A program made the translations under genes and the position numbers. Below, one piece after another: positions 1 to 9,738 of a stretch of DNA of 32,000 bases. Positions within the stretch are counted from its first letter, which is position 1. Each line of letters opens with the position of its first letter. Below the pieces are notes generated by a model. That model had not been told where the DNA came from, did not search any database, and saw only the letters and a list, made by a program, of their open reading frames with translations. This DNA comes from Candidatus Fimenecus sp. GTDB taxonomy: Bacteria; Bacillota; Clostridia; Oscillospirales; Acutalibacteraceae. The stretch lies in assembly GCA_045531435.1 (NCBI GenBank), contig JAZSDZ010000050.1, forward strand, positions 2,807 through 34,806, read 5' to 3'.

Positions 1-18
1 TATAATAAATATAAGTTT

Positions 19-513
19 TTATGAATTTAATTTTGACATTACTTCTGCGTCTTTTTTAAGAACAACATCTGCACCGTCTTTTCTCATTTTGTCAAGTTTA
101 TCTGCAAGCGCTTTATCTTCAACTGCAATAATCTGTGCAGCAAGTAAAGCAGCATTAGCACCACCATTAATAGCAACTGTTGCAACAGGAATACCTGAAG
201 GCATTTGAACAGTTGAAAGAAGTGCAGCCATACCATCAAGGTATTGTGAAGCACAAGGAATACCGATAACCGGTAATGTTGTGTTCGCAGCAATAGCACC
301 TGCAAGATGAGCAGCCATACCTGCAGCACAAACCAATGCTCCATAATCATTAGCTCTCGCATTAAGTGCAAAGTCACGAGCCTGTTCAGGTGTTCTGTGC
401 GCTGAATAAATATTAACTGTATATGGGATTGCTAAATCATCAAGAACAGCTGTTGCTTTTTTAATAATCGGAAGGTCACTATCGCTTCCCATTAAAATTC
501 CTACTTTTTTCAT
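19..513 (-). CDS. purE: N5-carboxyaminoimidazole ribonucleotide mutase (PurE)
   Basis: 164 aa ORF with the typical PurE N-terminus MKKVGILMGSDSDLP and Gly/Ala-rich core. SD AGGAGG lies upstream. TAA stop. Confidence 0.9.
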   Translation of the reverse strand: MKKVGILMGSDSDLPIIKKATAVLDDLAIPYTVNIYSAHRTPEQARDFALNARANDYGALVCAAGMAAHLAGAIAANTTLPVIGIPCASQYLDGMAALLSTVQMPSGIPVATVAINGGANAALLAAQIIAVEDKALADKLDKMRKDGADVVLKKDAEVMSKLNS

Positions 514-527
514 AATTACCTCCTAAA

Positions 528-642
528 AAGCGCAAATGGACAGTCCTATACTTAAAATCTTAAGTAGAACTGCCCAGACGGTCGGCTAAAAATCCCGTGC
601 TCCTCTGTGGTGCTCCACATTATTCCGTCAGTAACACGGTAT
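528..642 (-). promoter_or_regulatory. ZTP (pfl-motif) riboswitch with terminator-type expression platform in the purE leader
   Basis: The minus strand reads ACCGUGUUACUGACGGAAUAAUGUGGAGCACCACAGAGGAGCACGGG...AGCCGACCGUCUGGGCAG. This matches the ZTP consensus blocks (GUGACUGGCG..GGUGG..CCACC..GGGAGC and AGCCGCCCGCCUGGGCA), with P1 CCGUG/CACGG, P2 GUGG/CCAC and pseudoknot UGACGG/CCGUC. Next comes hairpin GGGCAGUUCUACUUAA...UUAAGUAUAGGACUGUCC overlapping the 3' subdomain, followed by a U-containing tail. Confidence 0.85.
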
Positions 643-659
643 TATTAAAATATAATAAT

Positions 660-689
660 ATTATAATATAATTTGATATTTAATGTCAA
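660..689 (-). promoter_or_regulatory. Candidate sigma-A promoter for the riboswitch-purE transcript
   Basis: On the minus strand, TTGACA (689..684) and TATAAT (665..660) are separated by 18 nt, just upstream of the riboswitch. Confidence 0.4.
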
Positions 690-747
690 TTAAACATCAA
701 AATTAGTATGCCGAAATTTCGACAGTTTTTGAACTTATTTTTGTATA

Positions 748-1164
748 TTATTTTGCTTTGCTTTCACAATAAAGACAACGATAAACTCTGTTTTCCTTAT
801 CTCTTAAAGTAAATATATGCGGAAGCTCCTGCTCAACCGTAGTAATACAACGAGGATTTTTGCATTTTATAACATTTTCTACCCTTTCAGGAAGAATAGT
901 TGCATACCTTTTTGCAATTTTTGAATCTTCAATAATATTTACAGTTGCACCAGGGTCAAGATATCCTAAAGCATCTAAATCCAAATCAATAACTCGGTCA
1001 ATTTTAATAATATCTTTTTTACCCATTTTAACGCTGTCAGCATTTTTGATAAGAGCAACCTGACAATCAATTTTATCAAGTCCCAAAAAATTATATAACG
1101 CCATACCTTTTCCTGCTGTAACATGGTCAATAACAATTCCGTCTTTAATCTGTCCGATAATCAT
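748..1164 (-). CDS. pyrI: Aspartate carbamoyltransferase regulatory subunit
   Basis: 138 aa with a C-terminal zinc motif (CKNPRCIT...YRCLYCE). Lies directly after pyrB (adjacent stop and start). Confidence 0.9.
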   Translation of the reverse strand: MIIGQIKDGIVIDHVTAGKGMALYNFLGLDKIDCQVALIKNADSVKMGKKDIIKIDRVIDLDLDALGYLDPGATVNIIEDSKIAKRYATILPERVENVIKCKNPRCITTVEQELPHIFTLRDKENRVYRCLYCESKAK

Positions 1165-2079
1165 TTATTTAACCTCCAACAATTTCATAATAAGCGCCAT
1201 TCTGATAAATTTTCCATTATTTACCTGTTTGAAATAACAAGCACGAGGGTCTTTATCAACAGAAACTGAAATTTCATTTACACGAGGAAGCGGGTGCATA
1301 ATACATAAATCTTCTTTTGCTGTTTCAAGCTTCTGTGGAGTAAGAATATAGCTATCCTTAAGACGGATATAATCCTGTTCATTGAAGAAGCGTTCACGCT
1401 GAACTCTTGTCATATAAAGTATATCAAGATCAGGCATAGCATCCTCAAGTGAAGTTGTTTCGACATATTCAAGATTTTTTGTCACAAGCTCAGTTTGTTT
1501 GATATATTCGGGAACTTTTAATTCTTCAGGTGAAATAAGAACAAATTTTACATTTTCATATCTCGACATAGCACCGATAAGTGAATGAACTGTTCTGCCG
1601 AATTTAAGGTCACCGCAAAAACCGATTGTAAGATTATCGAATCTTCCTTTTTCACGTTGAATTGTAAGCAAATCAGTAAGTGTCTGTGTAGGATGGTTAT
1701 GACCACCATCACCTGCGTTAATTACAGGAATATCAGTGTTCATAGAAGCAACCATAGGTGCGCCTTCCTTAGGATGACGCATCGCAATAATATCTGCATA
1801 GTAACCTACCGTTCTAATAGTGTCAGCAACACTTTCGCCCTTTGCAGATGAAGAACTTTGTGCTTCAGAAAATCCAAGTACATTACCACCAAGATTATAC
1901 ATAGCAGACTCAAAGCTGAGTCTTGTTCTTGTTGATGGTTCAAAGAAAAGAGTTGCAAGGATTTTACCTTTACACTTTTCGGAATATTTTGCAGGGTTAT
2001 CTATAATATCATTTGCAACCGAAATAAGCTCATCAATCTCACTGACTGAAAGCTCCTGGATATCGATAAGACTTCTCAT
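1165..2079 (-). CDS. pyrB: Aspartate carbamoyltransferase catalytic subunit
   Basis: 304 aa with [17 protein letters not shown] and HPLPR motifs. Confidence 0.95.
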   Translation of the reverse strand: MRSLIDIQELSVSEIDELISVANDIIDNPAKYSEKCKGKILATLFFEPSTRTRLSFESAMYNLGGNVLGFSEAQSSSSAKGESVADTIRTVGYYADIIAMRHPKEGAPMVASMNTDIPVINAGDGGHNHPTQTLTDLLTIQREKGRFDNLTIGFCGDLKFGRTVHSLIGAMSRYENVKFVLISPEELKVPEYIKQTELVTKNLEYVETTSLEDAMPDLDILYMTRVQRERFFNEQDYIRLKDSYILTPQKLETAKEDLCIMHPLPRVNEISVSVDKDPRACYFKQVNNGKFIRMALIMKLLEVK

Positions 2080-2094
2080 AATATTTCTTCCTTA

Positions 2095-2748
2095 TTATTT
2101 AGCACCGTTTACTTCAAGGTACTTTTTAATTCTATCAACATTTTCTCTGTTATTTTCATCTTCTTCAAGATATTCAATAATATCATAAACATCAACAACT
2201 GAATATACAGGGAAGCCGAACTGCTCTTCAATTTCCTGCATTGCCCCTTTTTCAGTCTGACCCTTTTCTTTTCGGTCAACCATAATAAATGTTGCAATTA
2301 CCTTTGTACCATCAAGGTGTTTAAGAATATCCATAGATTCGCGGATAGCAGTACCCGCAGTAATAACATCCTCAATAATAACAATTTCTTCTCCTGCTTC
2401 AGGTACATAGCCGACAAATGTGCCACCTTCACCATGGTCCTTTACTTCCTTACGGTTAAAAAAGAACGGAACATTAAGACCATTCTTTGAAAGAGCAACA
2501 GCAGCTGAAATTGAAAGTGAAATACCCTTATAAGCAGGACCATAAAGTACAGCTTCCTTCTTGCCAAGCTTATTAAAGTATGCTTTAGCATAGAATTCAC
2601 CCATTTTTGTAATTTGGTCACCTGTTTTAATCATACCAGCATTGATAAAATAAGGAATTTTTCTACCACTCTTGGCAGTAAAATCACCAAATCTTAAAAC
2701 ACCAGCTTCTTCTAAAAACTGTATAAACTCTCTTTTATATGCTTCCAT
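2095..2748 (-). CDS. pyrE: Orotate phosphoribosyltransferase
   Basis: 217 aa with PRPP-binding motif IVIIEDVITAGTAIRES. Lies in the pyr operon. Confidence 0.9.
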   Translation of the reverse strand: MEAYKREFIQFLEEAGVLRFGDFTAKSGRKIPYFINAGMIKTGDQITKMGEFYAKAYFNKLGKKEAVLYGPAYKGISLSISAAVALSKNGLNVPFFFNRKEVKDHGEGGTFVGYVPEAGEEIVIIEDVITAGTAIRESMDILKHLDGTKVIATFIMVDRKEKGQTEKGAMQEIEEQFGFPVYSVVDVYDIIEYLEEDENNRENVDRIKKYLEVNGAK

Positions 2749-2763
2749 TATTATTCTCCTCTA

Positions 2764-3462
2764 TTAATCACAAAATTCTGCAACACAACGTTCATAAGCT
2801 GCAACAGGATCAGCGGCTGCTGTAATTGGTCTACCGACTACGATATAGTCAGAACCCGCTTCCTTTGCTTTTTCAGGAGTCATAACACGAACCTGGTCTC
2901 CGATATCACCATCAGCAAAACGGATACCCGGAGTAACTGTTACGAAATTCTTACCACATCTGTTATGAACCTTATCAGCCTCAAGTGGTGAACAAACAAC
3001 ACCGTCAAGACCTGCAATTTTAGCGTTATTTGCATAGTGCATAACAACCTCGTCAATAGGTTCTTTGATAAGTAAATCTCTTTCCATAACTTCCTGACTT
3101 GTCGATGTAAGCTGAGTTACAGCAATAAGCATAGGTCTTGTGCCATCAGGTCTTGTAAGACCTTCAAGGGCACCTTCCATCATAGGAATAGCACCACCAG
3201 CATGAAGGTTTGTCATATCAACATCAAGATTTGAAAGCACTGCCATTGATTTTTTTACAGTATTTGGAATATCGTGAAGCTTTAAATCAAGGAAAATTTT
3301 ATGTCCTCTTGCTTTAATTTCCTTAACGATTGACGGACCTTCAGCATAATAAAGCTCCATACCGATTTTTACAAATGGTTTTCTTCTTGTGAATTTATCA
3401 AGAAAATTCATAACATCCTCTTTACACGCAAAGTCACAAGCAATAATTACGTCCTTACCCAT
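2764..3462 (-). CDS. pyrF: Orotidine 5'-phosphate decarboxylase
   Basis: 232 aa with the FLDLKLHDIPNTV motif. Confidence 0.9.
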   Translation of the reverse strand: MGKDVIIACDFACKEDVMNFLDKFTRRKPFVKIGMELYYAEGPSIVKEIKARGHKIFLDLKLHDIPNTVKKSMAVLSNLDVDMTNLHAGGAIPMMEGALEGLTRPDGTRPMLIAVTQLTSTSQEVMERDLLIKEPIDEVVMHYANNAKIAGLDGVVCSPLEADKVHNRCGKNFVTVTPGIRFADGDIGDQVRVMTPEKAKEAGSDYIVVGRPITAAADPVAAYERCVAEFCD

Positions 3463-4373
3463 TAGTGTGCGCCTCCTATAATTTCATTTATAACTTTAAC
3501 ATTTAATTTACTAAGTTCATTTGGTAATTCTTCGATAATTGTTTTACAAGCAAACGGGTCAACAAGATTTGCAGCACCAACCTGAACAGCAGTTGCACCT
3601 GCCATCATAAGTTCAATAACATCTTTGGCAGTTGAAACGCCACCCATACCAATAATCGGAATTTTGACTGCGTCATAAACCTGATAAACCATTCGTACAG
3701 CAACAGGGAAAATTGCTGAACCTGAAAATCCGCCCATTTTATTAGCGATAATCGGTTGACGACGCTTAATATCAATTCTCATACCGAGTAACGTGTTAAT
3801 AAGACTTATTCCGTCAGCACCCGCAGCCTCTGCAGCCTTTGCAATTGAAACAATATCAGTAACATTTGGTGAAAGCTTTATAATAATTGGCTTTGTTGTA
3901 ACAGCCTTTACTGCCTTGACAACCTTTTCAACTGCAGCAGGTTCAGTACCAAAACTCATACCACCATTATGAACATTAGGACAAGATACATTTACCTCAA
4001 TCCATCCAACCTGTTCACAGGCGTTAATTTTTTCACAGGTATATGCATATTCTTCAACTGAAAAACCACTTACATTAGCCATAACAGGCTTATTAAAAAC
4101 CTTTGCAAGTTTAGGTAATTCTTCACTGATAACCTTATCAACACCGGGATTCTGAAGACCTACTGAATTAATCATACCTGCATGACATTCAGCAATTCTA
4201 GGCGTAGGATTACCGAAACGAGGTTCTTTTGTAGTACCTTTAAAAGAAAAAGTACCAAGAATATTTATATCATAAAGTTCTGCAAATTCATAACCGAAAC
4301 CGTAAGTACCACTTGCAGGGATTATGGGATTATCAATTTCAATACCGAGAAGATTAACCTTTGTATTTACCAT
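3462..4373 (-). CDS. pyrD: Dihydroorotate dehydrogenase B, catalytic subunit
   Basis: 303 aa class 1B DHODH-like protein (NVSCPN, GGVSTAKD). Overlaps pyrK by 7 nt. Confidence 0.9.
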   Translation of the reverse strand: MVNTKVNLLGIEIDNPIIPASGTYGFGYEFAELYDINILGTFSFKGTTKEPRFGNPTPRIAECHAGMINSVGLQNPGVDKVISEELPKLAKVFNKPVMANVSGFSVEEYAYTCEKINACEQVGWIEVNVSCPNVHNGGMSFGTEPAAVEKVVKAVKAVTTKPIIIKLSPNVTDIVSIAKAAEAAGADGISLINTLLGMRIDIKRRQPIIANKMGGFSGSAIFPVAVRMVYQVYDAVKIPIIGMGGVSTAKDVIELMMAGATAVQVGAANLVDPFACKTIIEELPNELSKLNVKVINEIIGGAH

Positions 4374-5098
4374 ATAATTTCCTCTCTTTCAAGCACCGGA
4401 CCATCCTTACAGATTCTCTTGTTGCCATATTTTGTCTTGCATGAGCAACCCATACATGCACCGAAGCCACAGCCCATTCTTTCCTCAAAGCTGTACTGAC
4501 CACTTGTTACAGCCATTGACTCAATAGCCTTAAACATTGGCATCGGACCACAGGTATAGAAATAACTATATTCTGTATCTTTAAGAGCATCTGTAACAAA
4601 GCCCTTGATTCCATAAGAGCCATCAACAGTTGTAACCTTAACATCTGCACCAAGCTTTATAAATTCATCTTCATAAAAAATTTCGTTTTTTTTATTAAAG
4701 CCAAGAATTACTGTTACACTCTTACTTTCAGAAATAAGCTCTTTACAAAGATTATACATTGGTGGAACACCGACGCCACCACCGATAAGTACAGGCTTGT
4801 CTAATGATTTTGATGTGTCAAATCCATTTCCGAGTCCACAAAGAACATCAAGCTTTTCACCTGAGTTCATTTTACTCATTACTTCAGTACCCTCACCAAC
4901 AACCTTGTAAATAATTGTGATTGTTCTGTCATAATAATCACAGATTGAAATAGGTCTACGAAGATAAAAGCCATCAAGCTTAATATTTATAAACTGACCG
5001 GGTGCAGTAATTGAAGATGTATCACCTTCAAGCACCATTTCAAAAATGCTTTCTGTCAGTTTTTTATTACTGATTATTTCATACATACCTTGGTACAT
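4367..5098 (-). CDS. pyrK: Dihydroorotate dehydrogenase B, electron-transfer (FAD/2Fe-2S) subunit
   Basis: 243 aa with C-terminal cluster motif CGFGACMGCSC...C. Has a TAATG-type overlap with pyrC. Confidence 0.85.
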   Translation of the reverse strand: MYQGMYEIISNKKLTESIFEMVLEGDTSSITAPGQFINIKLDGFYLRRPISICDYYDRTITIIYKVVGEGTEVMSKMNSGEKLDVLCGLGNGFDTSKSLDKPVLIGGGVGVPPMYNLCKELISESKSVTVILGFNKKNEIFYEDEFIKLGADVKVTTVDGSYGIKGFVTDALKDTEYSYFYTCGPMPMFKAIESMAVTSGQYSFEERMGCGFGACMGCSCKTKYGNKRICKDGPVLEREEIIW

Positions 5099-6363
5099 TA
5101 TCTAACCTCCCAAGCAATTTTACCATAACACATTGTCATTAAGCATTTACCGTAAACTTCCATTCCTTCAAAAGGAGTGCTTTTACCCATTGAAAGAAAA
5201 TCATCAGGATTTACAGTGTATTTGCTATCCAAATCAAAAACTGTCAAATTAGCTTTGTTACCGATTTCAATTGAACTGCCGATATTAAATCTCTTATTTG
5301 CATTTACAGAAAGTAATTCCATAAGTCTTTCAAGAGAAATAACTCCTGATTTAACAAAATAAGTGTACATTACAGGAAATGCAGTTTCAATTCCCACAAC
5401 ACCCATATTACTCTTTTCAAGGCCTTTTGATTTTTCTTCAACACTATGTGGTGCATGGTCAGTAGCAATCATATCAATTGTACCGTCAAGAATACCGTTA
5501 ATAAGTGCTTGTCTATCACTTTCATCACGAAGAGGAGGATTCATTTTGAATCGACCGTGTTCTTGTAAATCTTTATCAGAAAGCACAAGGTAATGAGGAC
5601 CTGTTTCGCAGGTGATATTAACACCATCTTTTTTAGCCTGACGGATTAATTCAACACTTTCTTTTGTGGAGATATGACAGACATGATATGCACAACCTGT
5701 TTGTTTTACGAGTTTAATATCCCTTTCAATCTGTTTCCATTCACTTTCGGAGCAGATTCCACGATGTCCGTACTCCTCAGCATATTTACCCTTATGAATG
5801 TAACCACCATTGAGTAAATCATTAACTTCACAATGTGCTACAATCATTTTGTTATGCTCTTTTGCTATTTTCATAGCATTAAGCATCATTTCGTCACTTT
5901 GAACTCCCCTGCCGTCATCAGAATAGGCAATACACATATCAGCCATTCCTGATAAATCAGAAAGCTCCTCACCCATTTCATTTACAGTAATTGAAGCGTA
6001 AGGATAAACATTGATTACAGCATCCTTATTAATAATATCAATCTGCTCCTGTAAATGCTCAACCGAGTCAGGAACAGGATTTAAATTAGGCATTGAACAA
6101 ACGGATGTATAACCACCGTGAGCAGATGCCAGAGTTCCTGTTTTAATTGTTTCTTTATAAGAAAAACCCGGTTCACGCAGATGCACATGCACATCTGTAA
6201 AACCGGGAAATACATAACAATCTTCAAAATTATATACAAAATCAGCACATTCAGGTGCTATAAAGTCAGAAATTCCGGCAATAATTCCGTCGTCGATTAA
6301 AATATCTTTCTTAATGAATTGTGATTTGTAATAAACTGTTGCATTGCTAATTAATTTCTTCAT
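5098..6363 (-). CDS. pyrC: Dihydroorotase
   Basis: Contains the DVHVHLREPG metal-binding motif. The ORF track starts at 6375, but the ATG at 6363 (MKKLISN) has a GGTGA SD-like element upstream, so 6363 is preferred. The start remains uncertain. Confidence 0.88.
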   Translation of the reverse strand: MKKLISNATVYYKSQFIKKDILIDDGIIAGISDFIAPECADFVYNFEDCYVFPGFTDVHVHLREPGFSYKETIKTGTLASAHGGYTSVCSMPNLNPVPDSVEHLQEQIDIINKDAVINVYPYASITVNEMGEELSDLSGMADMCIAYSDDGRGVQSDEMMLNAMKIAKEHNKMIVAHCEVNDLLNGGYIHKGKYAEEYGHRGICSESEWKQIERDIKLVKQTGCAYHVCHISTKESVELIRQAKKDGVNITCETGPHYLVLSDKDLQEHGRFKMNPPLRDESDRQALINGILDGTIDMIATDHAPHSVEEKSKGLEKSNMGVVGIETAFPVMYTYFVKSGVISLERLMELLSVNANKRFNIGSSIEIGNKANLTVFDLDSKYTVNPDDFLSMGKSTPFEGMEVYGKCLMTMCYGKIAWEVR

Positions 6364-6400
6364 TCTATCACCCATTAAAACCGAAATACCGTTCTTAAAT

Positions 6401-6430
6401 ATAGTAACATATTTAGATGTTGTATGTCAA
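6401..6430 (-). promoter_or_regulatory. Candidate promoter of the pyr operon
   Basis: On the minus strand, TTGACA (6430..6425) is followed 18 nt later by an extended -10, TGTTACTAT (6409..6401). Confidence 0.4.
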
Positions 6431-6452
6431 TAAAATCAAAGCACAATATATG

Positions 6453-6481
6453 TAAAAAAGTGGAGTTTTTTAAACTCCACT
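6453..6481 (-). terminator. Rho-independent terminator after the rubrerythrin gene
   Basis: Stem AGTGGAGTTT/AAACTCCACT (6459-6468 and 6472-6481) is followed on the minus strand by T6. It also has a T-rich tail on the plus strand. Confidence 0.6.
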
Positions 6482-6491
6482 TTTGTTTAAA

Positions 6492-7040
6492 TTAATAGTT
6501 TTCAGCTTTCACCATAAAATATGCCTTTGGATGTGCACAAACAGGGCAAACTTCAGGTGCTTCCTTACCGATATGAACATGACCGCAGTTAGAGCAAATC
6601 CACATCATATCGCCATCACGAGAAAATACAAGTCCACCCTCAATATTAGCGAGAAGTTTCTTATATCTTTCTTCATGGTCTTTTTCGATTTTAGCAACCA
6701 TTTCAAAAAGAGATGCAATATAGTCAAAGCCTTCTTCTTTAGCTACCTTTGCAAATTCTGCATACATCTCTGTCCACTCATAGTTTTCACCTGCAGCAGC
6801 ATCCTTAAGGTTTTCAACCGTTGTTGGAATACCACCATCATGAAGAAGCTTAAACCAGATTTTTGCGTGTTCCTTTTCATTGTTAGCAGTTTCTTCAAAA
6901 ATCTGTGCAATCTGAACATAGCCATCTTTCTTTGCTTTTGATGCATAATAGGTGTATTTATTTCTTGCCTGTGACTCACCTGCAAACGCAGTCATAAGAT
7001 TAGCTTCTGTTTTTGAACCCTTAAGTTCCATTAAAATCAC
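6492..7040 (-). CDS. rbr: Rubrerythrin (N-terminal diiron ferritin-like domain, C-terminal rubredoxin-like domain)
   Basis: 182 aa with EExH-type diiron motifs and a C-terminal CSNCG...CPVC. Confidence 0.9.
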   Translation of the reverse strand: MILMELKGSKTEANLMTAFAGESQARNKYTYYASKAKKDGYVQIAQIFEETANNEKEHAKIWFKLLHDGGIPTTVENLKDAAAGENYEWTEMYAEFAKVAKEEGFDYIASLFEMVAKIEKDHEERYKKLLANIEGGLVFSRDGDMMWICSNCGHVHIGKEAPEVCPVCAHPKAYFMVKAENY

Positions 7041-7133
7041 TCCTAAATTTTTATTAATATTATTTTACCATATTTTTGAAAAAATACAACAAAAAATATA
7101 AAAATATGATATAAAAAATTGAATAATTAATTA

Positions 7134-7481
7134 TTATTTCATATATGTCCCACCGGTATTACTATTATCTAAAGTACCATCTAATTCTATGAGAAGACAT
7201 TTTACCAATGTTGTACAAACCGGTCGATGTAAAATACCTTTTGGAATTACAATTAAATCGCCTTCACATAAATGTGTTTTATCATCTTCAAACTCAATGT
7301 CAAACTCGCCTTCAATACAATAAAACAATTCATCAGAAAACTCATGCATATGAAAATCAAGTGTACGATTTTCTGCCTTTAGAACATTTAACATATGATT
7401 ATTAATTTTGCATATCTCTTTATATTCAAATAATTGATTAATTGATTTTACTTCTTCTTTTAAATTAATTTTATAAATCAT
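7134..7481 (-). CDS. Cupin-domain protein
   Basis: 115 aa with cupin motifs (HMHEFSDELFYCIEGE ... GDLIVIPKGILHRP). Has an ATGA stop/start overlap with the upstream acetyltransferase. Confidence 0.6.
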   Translation of the reverse strand: MIYKINLKEEVKSINQLFEYKEICKINNHMLNVLKAENRTLDFHMHEFSDELFYCIEGEFDIEFEDDKTHLCEGDLIVIPKGILHRPVCTTLVKCLLIELDGTLDNSNTGGTYMK

Positions 7482-8080
7482 AATTTTATCTTCCTATTTT
7501 TATAATAATATTCTTTATCGTGGTCGTTGATTTCTCGCAACACTTTACAAGGGTTACCGACTGCAACAACATTTGCGGGGATATCCTTTGTGACGATACT
7601 TCCTGCACCTATAACTGAATTATCCCCGATTGTAACACCAGGTAAAACGACAACTCCTGCACCGAGCCAACAATTTTTACCAATGTGAATTGGCAAGTTA
7701 TATTGATATGCAAGTGGTCGAAGTTCAGGCAAAATAGGATGTCCTGCAGTTGCCAGAACAACATTAGGTCCAAGCATTGTATGATCACCAACATAGATAT
7801 GTGTATCATCAACAAGTGTCAGATTAAAATTAGCATAAACACCTTTACCAAAATGAACATTCTTGCCTGCCCAGTTCGCGTGTAATGGTGGCTCAATATA
7901 GCAGTCCTCCCCTATTTCTGCGAACATATTTTTAAGCATTTCTGTTCTTTTAGGAAGTTCAGACGGTCTTGTCATATTAAAATCATATAATTTATCAAGA
8001 TATGTAAGCTGTTCGTTAAAAATATCTTCATCCATTGATAAATATAAATCTCCACTATGCATTTTTTCACGAATATCCAT
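7478..8080 (-). CDS. maa: Maltose/galactoside O-acetyltransferase family protein (hexapeptide repeat)
   Basis: 200 aa with a Mac-type N-terminus (MHSGDLY) and left-handed beta-helix hexapeptide repeats (IGKNCWLGAGVVVLPGVTIGDNSVIGAGSIV). Confidence 0.8.
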   Translation of the reverse strand: MDIREKMHSGDLYLSMDEDIFNEQLTYLDKLYDFNMTRPSELPKRTEMLKNMFAEIGEDCYIEPPLHANWAGKNVHFGKGVYANFNLTLVDDTHIYVGDHTMLGPNVVLATAGHPILPELRPLAYQYNLPIHIGKNCWLGAGVVVLPGVTIGDNSVIGAGSIVTKDIPANVVAVGNPCKVLREINDHDKEYYYKNRKIKL

Positions 8081-8083
8081 TTT

Positions 8084-9622
8084 TTACACCTTCATAATTT
8101 TAATATTTTCACAATCAATTATTGTCTTAAATGTTCTTAATGTAATTTTCCTTGGTTTAACTTTAACATTTCGTACTTGAATATTTTCAGCGTGTCTTAA
8201 GAATAAACCATAAGCATTAATATTCCTGAATCTGTTACATTCAGGGTATTCTTTTTCTTGTTCAGGAATTCTAAATCTTAAATCAATGTAGTCTTTTCCG
8301 TCTGCATATTTAATATCAAAATTTTCAAGATAAACATCTTTAATTTTTTGATTAGGAATACCCATAATCATTATTGGTATTTCAATATTTTCAGCCCTAA
8401 TGTTTTTAACTGTTACATTTTCAATTTTACCTTTTCCGTCAAGTTCAGGTCTATTATCTCCATTACGGTTACAAAGTCGTATAAACAATGGACAAGCCAT
8501 TGAATCCATTTCAATATTTGAGATATTAACATTCTTAACCTTTGCACCATCGCAGGACTCGACAGATATTCCACTGACACCTGCAGGATAAATATCATTT
8601 AAGTAAAACTTACAATTTTCAACTGTTATATCTGAAATATCAAGAGAGGTTTCTGTGCCGATTTTAAATGAATTTGTACAGGAAATGACTTCACAATCGT
8701 GAATGTAAATGTTACTCATCCCGTTTTTGCAATTTACATCAAGGTTATTTTTTATTTTAAGTCCGTCATTACCCGAAGTTGTCATACTCATATTATTTTT
8801 GATGACAATTCCGTCGTCAGCAGTTGAAACAAAACATTTTTTGATAACAACATTTGACGAACCACAAATATCAATTCCATCACAGTTTCCAATATGACGA
8901 TTGTTATTAATTACAACATTTGAAACATTAACATCATTTGATGAGTTAATATTTACTGTCCACATTGCAGAATTTTCAATAATAAGGTTATATAATTTAA
9001 CACGATTACAATTCTTTAAAAACATTAAAAAGCCATATTTACTTTTGTGCGGAAAACGGATTCTTTTTCTGTATTCCTGTCGCAAATCCCACACATCAAG
9101 TGTGTTTTTGAAAGGTTCAGTTCTTGGCGGTAAATGAGGTTTCAGTGAAAAAAAATTACCTTCACCACAGATTTTCCCGGGACCTACTATACCAATGTTT
9201 TCACAATTATCAGCGTAAATCAAAGCATTTTCAGTAAAATCATCTGCATTATGAGAAGCAATAATTGCTGACTCCTTTTCAATATACAGAACAACATTAC
9301 TTTTTAAGTAAATTGTACCGCTTGTATATGCACCATTATCCACAACGACAATTCCACCACCGTTTTTATTACAAAACTCAATGGTTGAATTGATTGCCTG
9401 AGCATTATTTACAGTTGAATTGTCTGAAATTGCACCAAAATCACGGATATAAACAGCATCATCCAACGGTAATTGCAAATTATAGTTTATATATTCTGAA
9501 TAAGGAATATCCTTATAGAAATCACCTTCGTAAACCTCTGAAAAAACTTCTCCATCGTAAATTTTAAAGTCTTTCTGAAGGTTTTGAAAAAATGAACCAA
9601 TATGGTTAATAATTCGCGACAT
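8084..9622 (-). CDS. Glycoside hydrolase family 28-like right-handed beta-helix protein (exo-polygalacturonase-like); no signal peptide
   Basis: 512 aa. The N-terminus is typical of GH28 (IRDFGAISDNSTVNNAQAINSTIEFC..GGGIVVV..GAYTSGTIYLKSNVVLYI). Catalytic-region-like motifs are present: NCDGIDI and TADDGIVIKN. Confidence 0.7.
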   Translation of the reverse strand: MSRIINHIGSFFQNLQKDFKIYDGEVFSEVYEGDFYKDIPYSEYINYNLQLPLDDAVYIRDFGAISDNSTVNNAQAINSTIEFCNKNGGGIVVVDNGAYTSGTIYLKSNVVLYIEKESAIIASHNADDFTENALIYADNCENIGIVGPGKICGEGNFFSLKPHLPPRTEPFKNTLDVWDLRQEYRKRIRFPHKSKYGFLMFLKNCNRVKLYNLIIENSAMWTVNINSSNDVNVSNVVINNNRHIGNCDGIDICGSSNVVIKKCFVSTADDGIVIKNNMSMTTSGNDGLKIKNNLDVNCKNGMSNIYIHDCEVISCTNSFKIGTETSLDISDITVENCKFYLNDIYPAGVSGISVESCDGAKVKNVNISNIEMDSMACPLFIRLCNRNGDNRPELDGKGKIENVTVKNIRAENIEIPIMIMGIPNQKIKDVYLENFDIKYADGKDYIDLRFRIPEQEKEYPECNRFRNINAYGLFLRHAENIQVRNVKVKPRKITLRTFKTIIDCENIKIMKV

Positions 9623-9738
9623 ATAACCACCTCTTGAAACATTTTATCATATCAAATAGTAAAATTAAAGTTTAATTAAGTATTTTTTTTATAGAATTTC
9701 ATATCCTATTATGAAAAAATATTTTTGAGGTGATTTGT

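Noticed and set aside
6364-6491. PyrR attenuator or riboswitch in the pyrC leader
   Set aside because: No PyrR consensus loop or alternative hairpins were seen. The only strong hairpin belongs to the upstream rubrerythrin terminator.
7123-7134. Palindrome ATAATTAATTAT upstream of the classical rubrerythrin as a PerR box
   Set aside because: It is a pure A/T palindrome in very AT-rich DNA, it overlaps the cupin stop codon, and it lies well upstream of the likely -10. It is not distinguishable from background.
9623-9738. T-box or other leader RNA upstream of asnB
   Set aside because: The intergenic region is only about 115 nt, is shared with a divergent promoter, is AT-rich, and has no specifier/T-box (AGGGUGGNACC-like) sequence.
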